Source: a virus
Taxonomy: Duplodnaviria; Caudoviricetes
IMG/VR virus record: IMGVR_UViG_2724679462_000002
Coordinates: 79,741-143,740 of that record
Strand: one strand, 5' to 3'
Length of the DNA stretch: 64,000 nucleotides
Positions within the stretch are counted from its first letter, which is position 1. The number at the start of each line of letters is the position of its first letter. The translations under genes and the position numbers were made by a program. Positions 28,394 to 38,521 of this stretch are shown here, piece by piece. The notes under the pieces are model-generated. The model was not told the origin of the DNA, did no database searches, and saw only the letters and a list, made by a program, of their open reading frames with translations.

Positions 28394-29019
28394 ACTACCC
28401 GATTATTCAAACACTCAGGCTGGACCCGTTCCCCATCGCTTCGATGATTGAAGCGGTCGTCGGCGACTACCTGGTGAAGCCCGCCCCGGGTATCTATGCG
28501 AAGGGGAAGTTCGACCCGGTGATGCATCCGAGCGGCGTCTACTATCAGCAGGGTAGAAACGAACGAGGCGACATCGGTAACTTTGTTGTCCGGACAATCG
28601 CCGACATACAGCGCGGTACTGAGGTCAGAGACCTGGACGGCAATGTGGTCGTGACGCCCGGGCAAATCCCAATGCTCTCCAACGATCCGACTCTGCCGAC
28701 CCGCGGCATGGCGATCATTGAACGCCTCCTCATCGATACGCTTTCGATCTACGGCGACCAGCGCAAGCGGAGCGCTCGACAAGATGACTTCGCCCAGGTC
28801 GCTGCCGTCATCCACCCTGACTATCGCTCGGACCCCGAGATTGCCAATCAGATTCTGGGTATGGCAAGCCCCATTCGTGGGCAGGTGCGGGACTTCGCAG
28901 GCGAGAACCGCTGGGTCATCCACTTTCTGCACAGGGAAGGCTTCGGCTTAATGGTCGAGAAAAGCATCGATTTTCGAATCGCTGACTGGCACCGAATGAA
29001 AGGATGTGCGTATGACTAG
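28390..29019 (+). CDS. Hypothetical protein
   Basis: ATGA overlap; 209 aa. Confidence 0.7.
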   Translation: MNYPIIQTLRLDPFPIASMIEAVVGDYLVKPAPGIYAKGKFDPVMHPSGVYYQQGRNERGDIGNFVVRTIADIQRGTEVRDLDGNVVVTPGQIPMLSNDPTLPTRGMAIIERLLIDTLSIYGDQRKRSARQDDFAQVAAVIHPDYRSDPEIANQILGMASPIRGQVRDFAGENRWVIHFLHREGFGLMVEKSIDFRIADWHRMKGCAYD

Positions 29020-29464
29020 AGTGCCAGTGCTCGGGCAGCCGCTCTCGCACTTCGTGCGGCAGCCCAAACGCCATACGTGGATTGGCATGAGCCACGTGGT
29101 GAGCCTGCTGCGCTTGAGGATTCGCGATTACTGGGCCCAACACCGACGCGTGCAGTACGGCGTTCTCGCCGAGCCGCCTCGCCTGATGGACATCAACATC
29201 TGCCCGTTCTTCGATGCGCTCGTACAAGAAATCTTTGGCGGGCATGACGGGGACGTGCGGAATATGGGACAGCTCGTTCAAAGCGAGGCTGAGCTGAAGA
29301 AATTAGGGATCGATGAACGCACCGCTCACGAATTCGCCGAGGAAGCGTTCTCCGCATTCGTCGAGACGGTCGGGCAAACCATGCCGGAGGTCTCTTTCCA
29401 GAACCGAGAGGGCCTCGCGTTCGCGATGACCGAATACGACTTGCTCGTCACCCGCCCGTACTAG
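29006..29464 (+). CDS. Hypothetical protein (paralog array member); start uncertain
   Basis: C-terminal TEYDLLVTRPY. Confidence 0.6.
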   Translation: MRMTRVPVLGQPLSHFVRQPKRHTWIGMSHVVSLLRLRIRDYWAQHRRVQYGVLAEPPRLMDINICPFFDALVQEIFGGHDGDVRNMGQLVQSEAELKKLGIDERTAHEFAEEAFSAFVETVGQTMPEVSFQNREGLAFAMTEYDLLVTRPY

Positions 29465-29486
29465 GGGGTGGCAAGGGGTATAATCC

Positions 29487-29957
29487 ATGAAACCAATAGT
29501 CCTCGATACGCGCTCGCTGATCCGGGATTTCCAAGAATACGCGCCGTTCTTCGAGTTCTACGATTCCGGCCTGAAGGACCTGGTCCGGGAAGCCATTCTC
29601 ACCCGCTCCTTCAACAGTCCGTACACGACGAACTACCACCACGGCCATCGCTACGCTCGCGGTCTCGCGGCGAAGGTAATGGAAGACTTCGAGTACGCGG
29701 TCGATCGTCATCACGATCTGTACGGGAAACAAAGTCTGCGTGACATTCTGAATCAGGATCGCGCCCTGTTCAATCTCGGCGTGATTCGCTTTGTCGCGGA
29801 AGAGATGGAACAGGCAGCCGATATATTGCTTCAGCAGCACCTGCGCACCAAACTGTTCGAGATCGCACAGGACAGTTGCGGCGAGCAGATGCGCCCGCGG
29901 TGGATCGGTTCCGATCTGCTGGTCTTCATTCGCTTTCTGACCTCACGGGAGTGTTGA
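29487..29957 (+). CDS. Hypothetical protein (paralog array member)
   Basis: N-terminal IVLDTRSL, C-terminal IGSDLLVF. Confidence 0.7.
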   Translation: MKPIVLDTRSLIRDFQEYAPFFEFYDSGLKDLVREAILTRSFNSPYTTNYHHGHRYARGLAAKVMEDFEYAVDRHHDLYGKQSLRDILNQDRALFNLGVIRFVAEEMEQAADILLQQHLRTKLFEIAQDSCGEQMRPRWIGSDLLVFIRFLTSREC

Positions 29958-29959
29958 CC

Positions 29960-30373
29960 ATGTACTTCCGCGCGACTCGGAAGCCGCAGACGCTTGTACT
30001 GGATTCGCCGCCTGAGCTTCGGATTCTCCGGGCTTGGGTGGCGAATCCTTCTATGCCGACTGTTGACATCGACTGGCTGTATTCGCAAATCTTCGATGCG
30101 ATCGGAAACTATCAGGAAAATATTTGGAAGCAGGAACTGTATGGAGTAGCTGACCGGATGGCCTTCAGCGACATGCTTTACGGTCACAACGACATGTCGC
30201 AGATGGAGCGGGACGATCTGGCGCTGAAGATCATTAGCGCTGGCCAAGCCACTGCCGATTACCTGTTTCGTATGCGAGCGTATGAGAGTGACGGTTACTT
30301 CCCGTACGCGTTTTCTGAGTTCAGATCCGACGGTCTGTTGGTCTTTCTCGCTCGCCAGCGAACGGCGAGCTGA
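29960..30373 (+). CDS. Hypothetical protein (paralog array member)
   Basis: ATG 29960 after GGGAG; LVLDSPPEL ... RSDGLLVF. Confidence 0.7.
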   Translation: MYFRATRKPQTLVLDSPPELRILRAWVANPSMPTVDIDWLYSQIFDAIGNYQENIWKQELYGVADRMAFSDMLYGHNDMSQMERDDLALKIISAGQATADYLFRMRAYESDGYFPYAFSEFRSDGLLVFLARQRTAS

Positions 30374-30393
30374 TTTCATACACGACGAAAAAT

Positions 30394-30924
30394 ATGGGCT
30401 ATTCATTTTTCAGACCGCGCCACGAGCCGGACAGCGTGATTCTGGAGACACGCATGCTGTTGGGACCGCTCTTCAGGCGGCTGCCCCATCTCAAGGAAGA
30501 TACCGACGAGTTCATCGGTCGGGTCCTCGACTGTCTCGCATTCGAGAAGGAAGCGCAGGATCAACTGAGCCTCATGTGCGCGGAGCTCGTCGACGACTTG
30601 CTGCATATGCCGTTGCCCGAGAGTGGTCCCAAGCTTCGGTTGGGTCGCTTTGACCCCGAAGAGGAGCGTCAGGAGCGTATCGATATCGTCACGCGCCACT
30701 CGAACGAGATGTACAAGTTCGGTCAGGACCTGCTCGAGCAGCTGCAAGCCCTCCGACTGTATCGCGGCGGCTACCTGCACTATCAGTTCGGCGAGCTGGT
30801 CGGCCATGACATGCTGATGCACCGCCTGATGGTGCCGAAGCTCACGACCAAGATTCCCATCGACTATCTGACCGACGAAGACCTCTGGGAACGCAGCCAG
30901 GTGCACCGGAGGGGTCGTCGATAA
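30394..30924 (+). CDS. Hypothetical protein (paralog array member)
   Basis: VILETRML ... YQFGELVGHDMLM. Confidence 0.7.
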   Translation: MGYSFFRPRHEPDSVILETRMLLGPLFRRLPHLKEDTDEFIGRVLDCLAFEKEAQDQLSLMCAELVDDLLHMPLPESGPKLRLGRFDPEEERQERIDIVTRHSNEMYKFGQDLLEQLQALRLYRGGYLHYQFGELVGHDMLMHRLMVPKLTTKIPIDYLTDEDLWERSQVHRRGRR

Positions 30925-30938
30925 ACAAGGAGCCCAGC

Positions 30939-31346
30939 GTGCCGGAGCATGATCGAGAAGTCAACTTCTCAAAACGGATGGTTATCCCGGTCGCTGACCT
31001 CATCACGCAATACCGTCGAGACTTGACCGGTCTCACGATCACGCCCTTCGGGTTCGAAGAACTCGTGAGGCAATGTATCGACATCTACATGGGCTGGGAG
31101 GGAGACGAAAGCCAGCTGGCCGAGCTCCCGCAAATTCATCGTATAGAGATCCCAGAGTTGAGAGGGGAGGATTATCAGGCAGTGTATGAGAAGGTGACGC
31201 GTGCCACTCAAACATTCGCCTGTGAATTGTTTGGCCGGTTGTCGCAGGCTGGCGTATTCCTCAACAGGAACACGTTCGGCAACATCAACTATGCGTTCGA
31301 TCGCTTCCTCGGCAACGACATCGTCCTCTTTCACTTTCCTTATTAG
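30939..31346 (+). CDS. Hypothetical protein (paralog array member)
   Basis: AAGGAG RBS; YAFDRFLGNDIVLF. Confidence 0.7.
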   Translation: MPEHDREVNFSKRMVIPVADLITQYRRDLTGLTITPFGFEELVRQCIDIYMGWEGDESQLAELPQIHRIEIPELRGEDYQAVYEKVTRATQTFACELFGRLSQAGVFLNRNTFGNINYAFDRFLGNDIVLFHFPY

Positions 31347-31367
31347 CGATTCAATCGGTGAGCGCCC

Positions 31368-31784
31368 ATGTCGTACAACTATCAGATCGGTCAGGTCATC
31401 AGCTTCGACGTCTACCCCACTCCCATTCTGGGCAACAGCTTCGAGTATGTGACGGTCCTCGCCGTCATGGACCAGTCCACCGCTAACGGCATCATCGATA
31501 CGGTGGCCAACCACATCAAGATGTATCCGTACTTGAAGCCGCAAGGAACGCCCAACGACCCGGCTCAGTACAACTACATCAAGGTGCGCACGCAGTCGGG
31601 TGCGATCACGGCGCTCGGGATGCCGTGGATCAACGAAAGCACGATCAAGGTCTGGACCTCACAGACGATCACCGCTGTCATCAGCGGCGTCACCGCGAGT
31701 GACATTCAAGCTGTCCAGAACGCGCTCATTAGCAACGGCTTCCCGAACATCTCCGTCACTGTCTCGGCAATGCCGGGTTCTTGA
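31368..31784 (+). CDS. Hypothetical protein, probably virion-associated (SH3-like N-terminus)
   Basis: 138 aa starting YQIGQVISFDVYP; position just before the DNA polymerase gene. Confidence 0.7.
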   Translation: MSYNYQIGQVISFDVYPTPILGNSFEYVTVLAVMDQSTANGIIDTVANHIKMYPYLKPQGTPNDPAQYNYIKVRTQSGAITALGMPWINESTIKVWTSQTITAVISGVTASDIQAVQNALISNGFPNISVTVSAMPGS

Positions 31785-32088
31785 TCGGTATATTGTGACA
31801 GAGTGCGGGAAACGCACCGTCGCCAAGGGGGAAAGTGGTGAAGTAGTTTCGGGGGTAGTACCGCGAGAACCATAGCACGTTGATTGCAATTTCCTTTGTT
31901 TGCCTCTTCCCTCGGGAAGAGGCTTATTCCCCGCAAAGATGTTTTTTTTTGCCTACCCCTCGTCAAACGAACTCGCGGCCCAGCTCCAGGGATTGGCGCA
32001 ATCACGATTTACCTCGACCTTCAACGCGCCATGCAGGGTGGGGACGTTATCCATATCGGACACCCTCCCCGCCCACACGACCAACTGC

Positions 32089-32745
32089 TCATTTGGTGAT
32101 CGTCGTGTAGCTGCTCCTGGTGTTACCTAAGTGCGCGCTGAAGTTTTGAATGTCTATGCCGAAGCTTGGCGTTGAAACGCTAAACGTTCCTGTTGCTGGG
32201 ACGCCGGCTTCGTCGAGGCTGATTTTCTGAGTGAAGCCCTGATAGCGAGTAGTTTGCTTAGTGTCCGTTTCGAAGGGCGTCCCAGCAGCGGTCAGTGCCA
32301 TCTGAATTGTAACGAAGTCACTTCCATCGACTGAAGGAATCTGACCAGATGCAGTCGCTGACTTTGGAGGTCTGCTTCCACCGCCGTCCTTGAACGAAAA
32401 TTGCACGTCGCCTGCGTATAGTGCGTAAGAATAGGCTTGCGTACAGTCATCCCACCAGGACATGTAAACTTCCGCAAACGCGAGGGAGGTTACGGGGGTG
32501 CCGCTGCCTTTTGAATGCGTAGCATTTGCGGTAACGGATATAAATACCGTTCCGTCCGTCCGACAGGTAGCGCTGAAGAACCCCAACCCGCTTGCTGCCG
32601 CTCCGGTTGACTTAATGGTTAATACCTCCGCAGCCTGGCCCGATGCAAACATGCTCGAAGCTGCAATAAACGCGATAGCCGCAAGGGCCTTGCTGATCAC
32701 CGTGCGACCGTAGTGAAATTGTTGGATGAGGCGACGCATGCTCAT
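32089..32745 (-). CDS. Accessory exported beta-rich protein with signal peptide
   Basis: GAGGGG RBS; ALAAIAFIAASSMFASGQA-A signal-like sequence; S/T/G-rich; atypical codon usage. Confidence 0.6.
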   Translation of the reverse strand: MSMRRLIQQFHYGRTVISKALAAIAFIAASSMFASGQAAEVLTIKSTGAAASGLGFFSATCRTDGTVFISVTANATHSKGSGTPVTSLAFAEVYMSWWDDCTQAYSYALYAGDVQFSFKDGGGSRPPKSATASGQIPSVDGSDFVTIQMALTAAGTPFETDTKQTTRYQGFTQKISLDEAGVPATGTFSVSTPSFGIDIQNFSAHLGNTRSSYTTITK

Positions 32746-33409
32746 TTTGACCCCTCTATCAGATAGAGTCGCTCGCTGCTGTAGTAACGAAGGTTGCTCA
32801 GGGAAAAGGAATGAACTGCTTGCAGCGACTTTCTCCTCTTTAAGGAGATACAGCGAAAGCGTTAGTGGCACTTATTATCAGCATACGGCAGGTGGACCAA
32901 ATTTCCGCGCCCGTAAGTCTAACTATAGCAATCCGGAAGGAAAATGAAAGTCTAATATTGCCGTGAAGCGGCACGGACGGATCCGGTTTCGTTTCAACGA
33001 GGAAGCCAAAACACGCACGCTCAGGTCACCCAGGCGATCACGCTTATGAGAAGCTCTTTCACTAGCGCGCTCGACGTCGAACTTACCTACCGATTTACTG
33101 ACGAGCCTTCCTCGGTAGAAAAAATACCGCGCGGGCTCATGATTTGACTGGAAGTGATGCGCCAGTTCAACTCGTGTAATGACGTTCCTAATGCGCGAGC
33201 ATGCGGGTGGTAAAAAGGGCATGACAGTGTCCGGTTAGCCTGCTGAGCGGCCTTGGCCGATAGCGGGAACTCTGATGGGGATCGGAGGGGTGTCAACGGA
33301 GACGATTCGTAGCCGGTGGGTCTCGCGGCCGTCGCGCCTTTACTTCCTTGGAGGAAGCGACGGCCGCACCAAGAGACACACCTGGGCTCGTCATCTTCGG
33401 CTTTGCTCT

Positions 33410-33443
33410 GGGAAGAGGCCTTCGGGTCTCTTCCCTTTTTTTT
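33410..33443 (+). terminator. Rho-independent terminator
   Basis: GGGAAGAGGCC-TTCG-GGTCTCTTCCC followed by T8. Confidence 0.8.
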
Positions 33444-33511
33444 GCCGTCTTCCCGGATCGAGCGTTTTTTATTGCGCGAATCAATCCTGTACGAGAAAGA
33501 AAGGAATTCCC

Positions 33512-35680
33512 ATGTCCACCTTCGACAATCCCTTTGTATTGCCGGCTTCGAAGTACGTCAGAGACATTGATGTCATGCGCCACTACGTCGATCAAAGCGT
33601 CGAGTACCTGTCGGCGATGACCGGCGCTCCCCGCGAACAGTGCTTGGCGTTCGTGAAGAATAACCTGCGACCAGACGGCAAGTTCCCGTTCAAGGACCCG
33701 GCCGTGCTGTATCTGCGCCGCAACGAGCACGGCGACCGTGAACAGGTAGAAGGCACGCTCGGCGGCTACCTCTCTGAGTCGATCAAGGAACGTCAGCTCA
33801 TTGCGCCCACGCTCACAACCTACTACCACCCGGCAGTCAAGAAGTCGCTGCTGGCGGGTTTCATTGACGCGAACGTCAAGCGCCGCGGCGTGGCAAAGAA
33901 AGCCATGTTCCAGGCACGCATGGACGGCAATTCCATCCTTGCGATTCTGAAAGACAACGAGCAGACGAACATGAAGCTCTCGAACAACGCATGTTCGGGC
34001 GCCCACGTCAGCGCATCTACCCCGCTCTTCAACAAGACCGCACACTCGACCCTGACCTCCAACTGCAGGTCGACCGCGGGCTATGGTTCAGCGAACAACG
34101 AAAAGTTTCTGAACGGCAACCGGCACTACTGGTCGCCGGACATCGTCAAGAACAACATCGTCTCGATTGTCACCAACACGGACTACGACTCGATCCTGCT
34201 CGCAATGAACGAGTTCGGGATTCGTCACCCGAGCGTCGAAGAGACGATGGAGTGCATTCGCTACTCGACGCAGCTGTATTTCCGCGACGAAGCAGCACAC
34301 CGTCTGATTGAGCAGTACGTCAGCAAGCTCACGGACATCCAGCGCAGCGCGTTCGTCTACACCGGCGATCTGTACCACCTGATGAAGTTCAACCGGGAGA
34401 TCGTCTACAAGTTCGTGCACGAGCTGTCGTCCCGTATCGGTGAGGCCCATCCTGATCCGGACAGCATCATCAAGAACGCGCACGAAGATCACATCGCCCT
34501 CGCCTCGCAACTGTGTCCGAGAGAGATGAAAGGCAAGAAGGTGAAGGACGTGGCGGGGACGGACGCGTATGGAATTCTGGCGTCAACCGTGGCACACATC
34601 GGCCAGGTGATCACGGAGTACAAGAACCTGATCAAGGCGTTCTGGGTGACGAAGAACGTTCCGGCTTCCCTCGCCCACTTCCCGGAAAGCATCCGTCGTT
34701 CGGCGCTGATGGGTGACACGGACTCGACCATCTTCACGGTGCAGGACTGGGTCCTCTGGTACAACGACGGTCGCCTTGGCTATGACGATCGGTCGTCCGG
34801 CGTGGCAGCTACGATGATCTTCCTGGCGGCGCAGACCATCACGCACGTGCTCGCGCGTATGTCCGCCAACTTCGGCATCGAAGAAAGCCGGATCTTCCAG
34901 GTGGCGATGAAGAACGAATACAAGTTCGACGTGTTCGTTCCGACGCAGGTGGCGAAACACTACTACGCCTCGATCGGCTGTCAGGAAGGCAACCTGTATA
35001 AAGCGCAAGAGCCCGAGATCAAGGGTGTGCACCTGAAGTCGTCGGATGCCCCGCCTGCCGTGATGGCAAAGGCGAAAGCCATGATGATTCGGATCATGGA
35101 CACCGTAATGGCCGAAAAAGGCGTGTCGCTCAAGGAAGTCATGGGCGAGATTGCCGCCCTGGAACATGACATCCGGACGTCGATTCTGGAGCGCTCGAGC
35201 TACGAGTACTTTCGCATGGGTCAGATCAAACCGGCTGCGTCCTACACGCTTGGACCAGAGCAAAGCAATTTCGCGCACTACACCTTCTGGAACCATACAT
35301 TCGGCCACAAGTACGGCGAAGTGCAGGAACCACCCTACAACTCGGTCAAGATATCTGTCGATCTGAAGTCGCCCGTGAAGATCAAGGCGTGGCTCGACAA
35401 GATGGACGATCGAGATCTCGCTTCGAGGTTGCAAAGCTGGTTTCTCAAGACCGGGAAGAAGGCGATCAGTACGTTCCACGTACCGGAACAGATCATCCAG
35501 TCCAAGGGCATTCCAAAGGAGATCAAGAGCGAGATCGCGATTCGGAAACTCATCACGGATACCGTCGCAGTGTTCTATCTACTCTTGGAGAGCCTTGGCG
35601 TCTATATGCAGAACAAGCAGATGACGCGCTTGGTCAGTGACCACATGGCTGCTCCAGTGAAAGATCTGGAAGCAGCATAG
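33512..35680 (+). CDS. Family B DNA polymerase, polymerase subunit (phiKZ gp50-like)
   Basis: Motif B K..NNACSG, motif C MGDTDSTIF, KHYYA and EIKGVHLKSS; AAGGA RBS before ATG 33512. Confidence 0.85.
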   Translation: MSTFDNPFVLPASKYVRDIDVMRHYVDQSVEYLSAMTGAPREQCLAFVKNNLRPDGKFPFKDPAVLYLRRNEHGDREQVEGTLGGYLSESIKERQLIAPTLTTYYHPAVKKSLLAGFIDANVKRRGVAKKAMFQARMDGNSILAILKDNEQTNMKLSNNACSGAHVSASTPLFNKTAHSTLTSNCRSTAGYGSANNEKFLNGNRHYWSPDIVKNNIVSIVTNTDYDSILLAMNEFGIRHPSVEETMECIRYSTQLYFRDEAAHRLIEQYVSKLTDIQRSAFVYTGDLYHLMKFNREIVYKFVHELSSRIGEAHPDPDSIIKNAHEDHIALASQLCPREMKGKKVKDVAGTDAYGILASTVAHIGQVITEYKNLIKAFWVTKNVPASLAHFPESIRRSALMGDTDSTIFTVQDWVLWYNDGRLGYDDRSSGVAATMIFLAAQTITHVLARMSANFGIEESRIFQVAMKNEYKFDVFVPTQVAKHYYASIGCQEGNLYKAQEPEIKGVHLKSSDAPPAVMAKAKAMMIRIMDTVMAEKGVSLKEVMGEIAALEHDIRTSILERSSYEYFRMGQIKPAASYTLGPEQSNFAHYTFWNHTFGHKYGEVQEPPYNSVKISVDLKSPVKIKAWLDKMDDRDLASRLQSWFLKTGKKAISTFHVPEQIIQSKGIPKEIKSEIAIRKLITDTVAVFYLLLESLGVYMQNKQMTRLVSDHMAAPVKDLEAA

Positions 35681-35746
35681 CGCCGAGTATCGACCAACAA
35701 CATTGCCCGCCCTTGCGCGGGCATTCTTATTTGCTCGAGGTTAGAG

Positions 35747-35932
35747 ATGCCGACATGGCTCTGGGGTGTCTTGATTTGGTTTGCGCTGCTGGCGCTATTC
35801 GTGGCGCGTTGGGACTGGAGTCGTGCGTCGAATCCGGCCGATGCGACGAGCGAGCCGGATTCCCGAATCGACGAATCGGATATGAATGGGCTGCTCGCCA
35901 AGGCGACCGTCGCGGCAACTGGCATCGAATAG
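35747..35932 (+). CDS. Small membrane protein
   Basis: GAGG RBS; N-terminal TM segment WLWGVLIWFALLALFV. Confidence 0.55.
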   Translation: MPTWLWGVLIWFALLALFVARWDWSRASNPADATSEPDSRIDESDMNGLLAKATVAATGIE

Positions 35933-36120
35933 GAGCAGTCGTGAGGTGGTTCGGATTTTCCGACTGGCAGATGAAATGCATACGCTGCCCCAAGATCACG
36001 CCGAAGACTCAGCCCTTGTGGTGCGCTGTCAGCAGAAGGAGCAAATGCGCCTCGCGCGCGGCCGCAAGTAGACGTCATAAAGCGTGCCCCGAAGGACAGG
36101 CCCTAAGGAGCATTTAAACA

Positions 36121-36312
36121 ATGAAACGCCAGAGTGCAATCATGACCCATGCGATCGAAACTGATATGGCACACCTCGTCGAGTTCATGGGCAACCATCC
36201 GCTGGAAACGAAGGCCGTGCGTACCGAAGCGTGGCAGCAACTCCTCGTCTATGTGCCACGCGAAGAATTCCAGGTCCATATGGACAAGATCAAAGAGAAG
36301 GAGTCTTCGTGA
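36121..36312 (+). CDS. Small hypothetical protein
   Basis: TAAGGAG RBS. Confidence 0.65.
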   Translation: MKRQSAIMTHAIETDMAHLVEFMGNHPLETKAVRTEAWQQLLVYVPREEFQVHMDKIKEKESS

Positions 36313-36716
36313 GCACGATCAAAACAGCGTACACGATGCGTGACCACGCGCCCTGGGAAGATCGACCGTTCGACACGGACGTACTGCCGGGAGGCTGGGC
36401 GGAAACTATCATTGCCCTCATCGAACGTGGACCGGTTGGCGATGGCGACATTCCAAGCAAGGTCGCTCGCGATGAGCTGATGTCGCGCGGCTTCGCTGCG
36501 AGGGTGATCGTGAACCAGAAGGAAGCAGGGAACGTCGCCACGTACGCTGGCCGCGAACTCTACAAGCAGTTGGTTGACGCACCCTCACTCGCGGAGGCGA
36601 TTGCAAAGCGGCAGGCGAATTTGAACTTCCTCAACGATCTGTGGAAGTCGCAGCAACCGCCGGAATGCGGGTCCTGTGGCTACACCGCAGAGCCGGATTG
36701 TTCGACGTGTTCTTGA
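36309..36716 (+). CDS. Hypothetical protein with C-terminal CxxC...CxxC
   Basis: GTGA overlap and AAGGAG RBS; 3' end overlaps the convergent gene. Confidence 0.6.
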   Translation: MSTIKTAYTMRDHAPWEDRPFDTDVLPGGWAETIIALIERGPVGDGDIPSKVARDELMSRGFAARVIVNQKEAGNVATYAGRELYKQLVDAPSLAEAIAKRQANLNFLNDLWKSQQPPECGSCGYTAEPDCSTCS

Positions 36717-37843
36717 GATCTTGAAGGTGGGATACTGGGAAGTTGAGCGCGAGGGCTTGCCTTGCGTTCGATTTCCCGTATCTCCTCTATGACGTCTTGT
36801 TGCACCAGCGGATCCATTACGCCTTCGAACAGACGCTCCTGCGACCAGCCTAGGAACGTCCTGTTGATTAGGTTGAGGTCTGCCTGATTCCGCGTCTCTG
36901 GCGTGTCCTTTGCCATCGTCAGCACAAAGTCCAGCGCGGGAAGCCGAGAGATTGCAAGACCCCACATCCCCTGCCGAGTCGGCGCCATGTCAGGCACATG
37001 CATCGCCTGCTCCATGTTTTCCTTGACGACCGCCGGCACGCTCTGCAGCACGCCCACGAAATTCTTGCCCGTCTTGGTCAGATTCTCGAGAACGATGCCA
37101 TAGCAGCTGTCGACCTTGCTCGTGTAGTCGATGAGCGCAAACGGATGGCGCTTGATCGACTGCCCTACTTCTTCGCCCGATCGCAGTTTGAGAACGCGAT
37201 TGAAGAGCGCCTGGTCTATGTGACTGAAGATCATATTCGGCAGCACGTACATGTGCACGAACATCATCGTCGACTTTTCGCCATCCAGTCCGCCTGTGAT
37301 GCGGTCCTGATCTCGCCGAAACGCGCGGTACTGAACCATCAGCATTGGGATGTTGATCGCAATGACGACGATCCCCGTCTCAGTGCCAGTGAGATGGCCA
37401 TTGGGCAGGTTCAGGTAGAGGTCGCTTCTCGGGTGCCGAAGCACTCGCACCGGCGTAACGTTCCGCCAGTCCCGATCGGCTCGGTCGAAGTCAAACGGCT
37501 CGGTATGCGCAACGACAATCTCATCATGTCCTGGCCCGTAGAAGTCTCCGTCGAACAGCCTTCCTGGATTGATGGACGAAGTCATTTTTAACGCCGTCGC
37601 GCGATTTAATGAAACGGCATCGACGTTCGCGTAGTAGCGCTCGAGGTTGTGCGACAGCGGCACGTTCACCGTTTGGATGAGCTTCACGAGGATGTGATTG
37701 CCCTTCACGGCCATCGGAGCGTTCCGGTAATAGCTAATCACCTGCGCAATGTTGCGGGTGAGCCCCTCCCGAACATACGGCCATAAGGGGGGTACTTGGA
37801 TGCCTTGGAGCGCCCGAGGCACCAGATTGAAAAGCGTGTGCAT
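36680..37843 (-). CDS. Hypothetical protein (likely conserved core gene)
   Basis: 387-aa ORF with phage-typical codon usage. Confidence 0.75.
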   Translation of the reverse strand: MHTLFNLVPRALQGIQVPPLWPYVREGLTRNIAQVISYYRNAPMAVKGNHILVKLIQTVNVPLSHNLERYYANVDAVSLNRATALKMTSSINPGRLFDGDFYGPGHDEIVVAHTEPFDFDRADRDWRNVTPVRVLRHPRSDLYLNLPNGHLTGTETGIVVIAINIPMLMVQYRAFRRDQDRITGGLDGEKSTMMFVHMYVLPNMIFSHIDQALFNRVLKLRSGEEVGQSIKRHPFALIDYTSKVDSCYGIVLENLTKTGKNFVGVLQSVPAVVKENMEQAMHVPDMAPTRQGMWGLAISRLPALDFVLTMAKDTPETRNQADLNLINRTFLGWSQERLFEGVMDPLVQQDVIEEIREIERKASPRAQLPSIPPSRSQEHVEQSGSAV

Positions 37844-37892
37844 AGCGCCGCATCCAGTTGGAGATTTGAAGGTTCATAAAATTGAGACCGCC

Positions 37893-38051
37893 ATGTTCGA
37901 GTCAGAAGAGATGAAAGAGCTTCGTCGGAAGCAGCACGAGGACGACACACCGGAACACGAAGCTGGCCCCGAAGAACCCGTGATAACGGGATCGCGTTAC
38001 AAGCGCGGCCGTCGCTGGTGGGAACGGTCGAAGTGGGAGCGCAAACGGTGA
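37893..38051 (+). CDS. Small charged hypothetical protein
   Basis: MFESEEMKELRRK...; GTGA overlap with the next gene. Confidence 0.5.
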   Translation: MFESEEMKELRRKQHEDDTPEHEAGPEEPVITGSRYKRGRRWWERSKWERKR

Positions 38052-38521
38052 AGACACTCGACTCGACGATCTTGCAGGTTCTCGCCTACGGCAGGCTGAA
38101 GCCGGGTTGGAACACGTCCGAAAGTCTTCCACCGACACCGCACGCCGTGCTGCTTGCGTGCGAATTCCTGCGCACGATTCCCGAGGGCTTACCACTGCCG
38201 GGAACGATGCTGCATGACAACGGTGACCTCGGCTTCTATTGGTACGCAAACCAGCGCTGCTATGTTGACCTGGAGATTGACTCGCAGAACGATCAGTTCT
38301 CTTTCTTCGCGGTAAAGAAGGCCGAAGGCGAAGAGCCACGCGAAGAGACCTACCTTCCGGTGCGCACGATCGCACACTTCACGATCCCCTTCTACATCGA
38401 CCACTACAGCGCAATACGAGACGAATATGCGACGCACGCAGCAACGGTCCAGCCTAGCAGCGCTGACGCTGCTAACGGCGGCAGCAAATGCCAACGGAAC
38501 GACGCTTTACCGGTCGGATGA
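38048..38521 (+). CDS. Hypothetical protein
   Basis: LKPGWNTSESLPPT...NGDLGFYW; related to 7213..7599. Confidence 0.65.
   Translation: MKTLDSTILQVLAYGRLKPGWNTSESLPPTPHAVLLACEFLRTIPEGLPLPGTMLHDNGDLGFYWYANQRCYVDLEIDSQNDQFSFFAVKKAEGEEPREETYLPVRTIAHFTIPFYIDHYSAIRDEYATHAATVQPSSADAANGGSKCQRNDALPVG

Noticed and set aside
32923-33511. ORF 32923..33222 (-) and the 79-aa upstream extension of the DNA polymerase
   Set aside because: No RBS or recognisable domain; a strong terminator at 33410-33443 lies inside the extension
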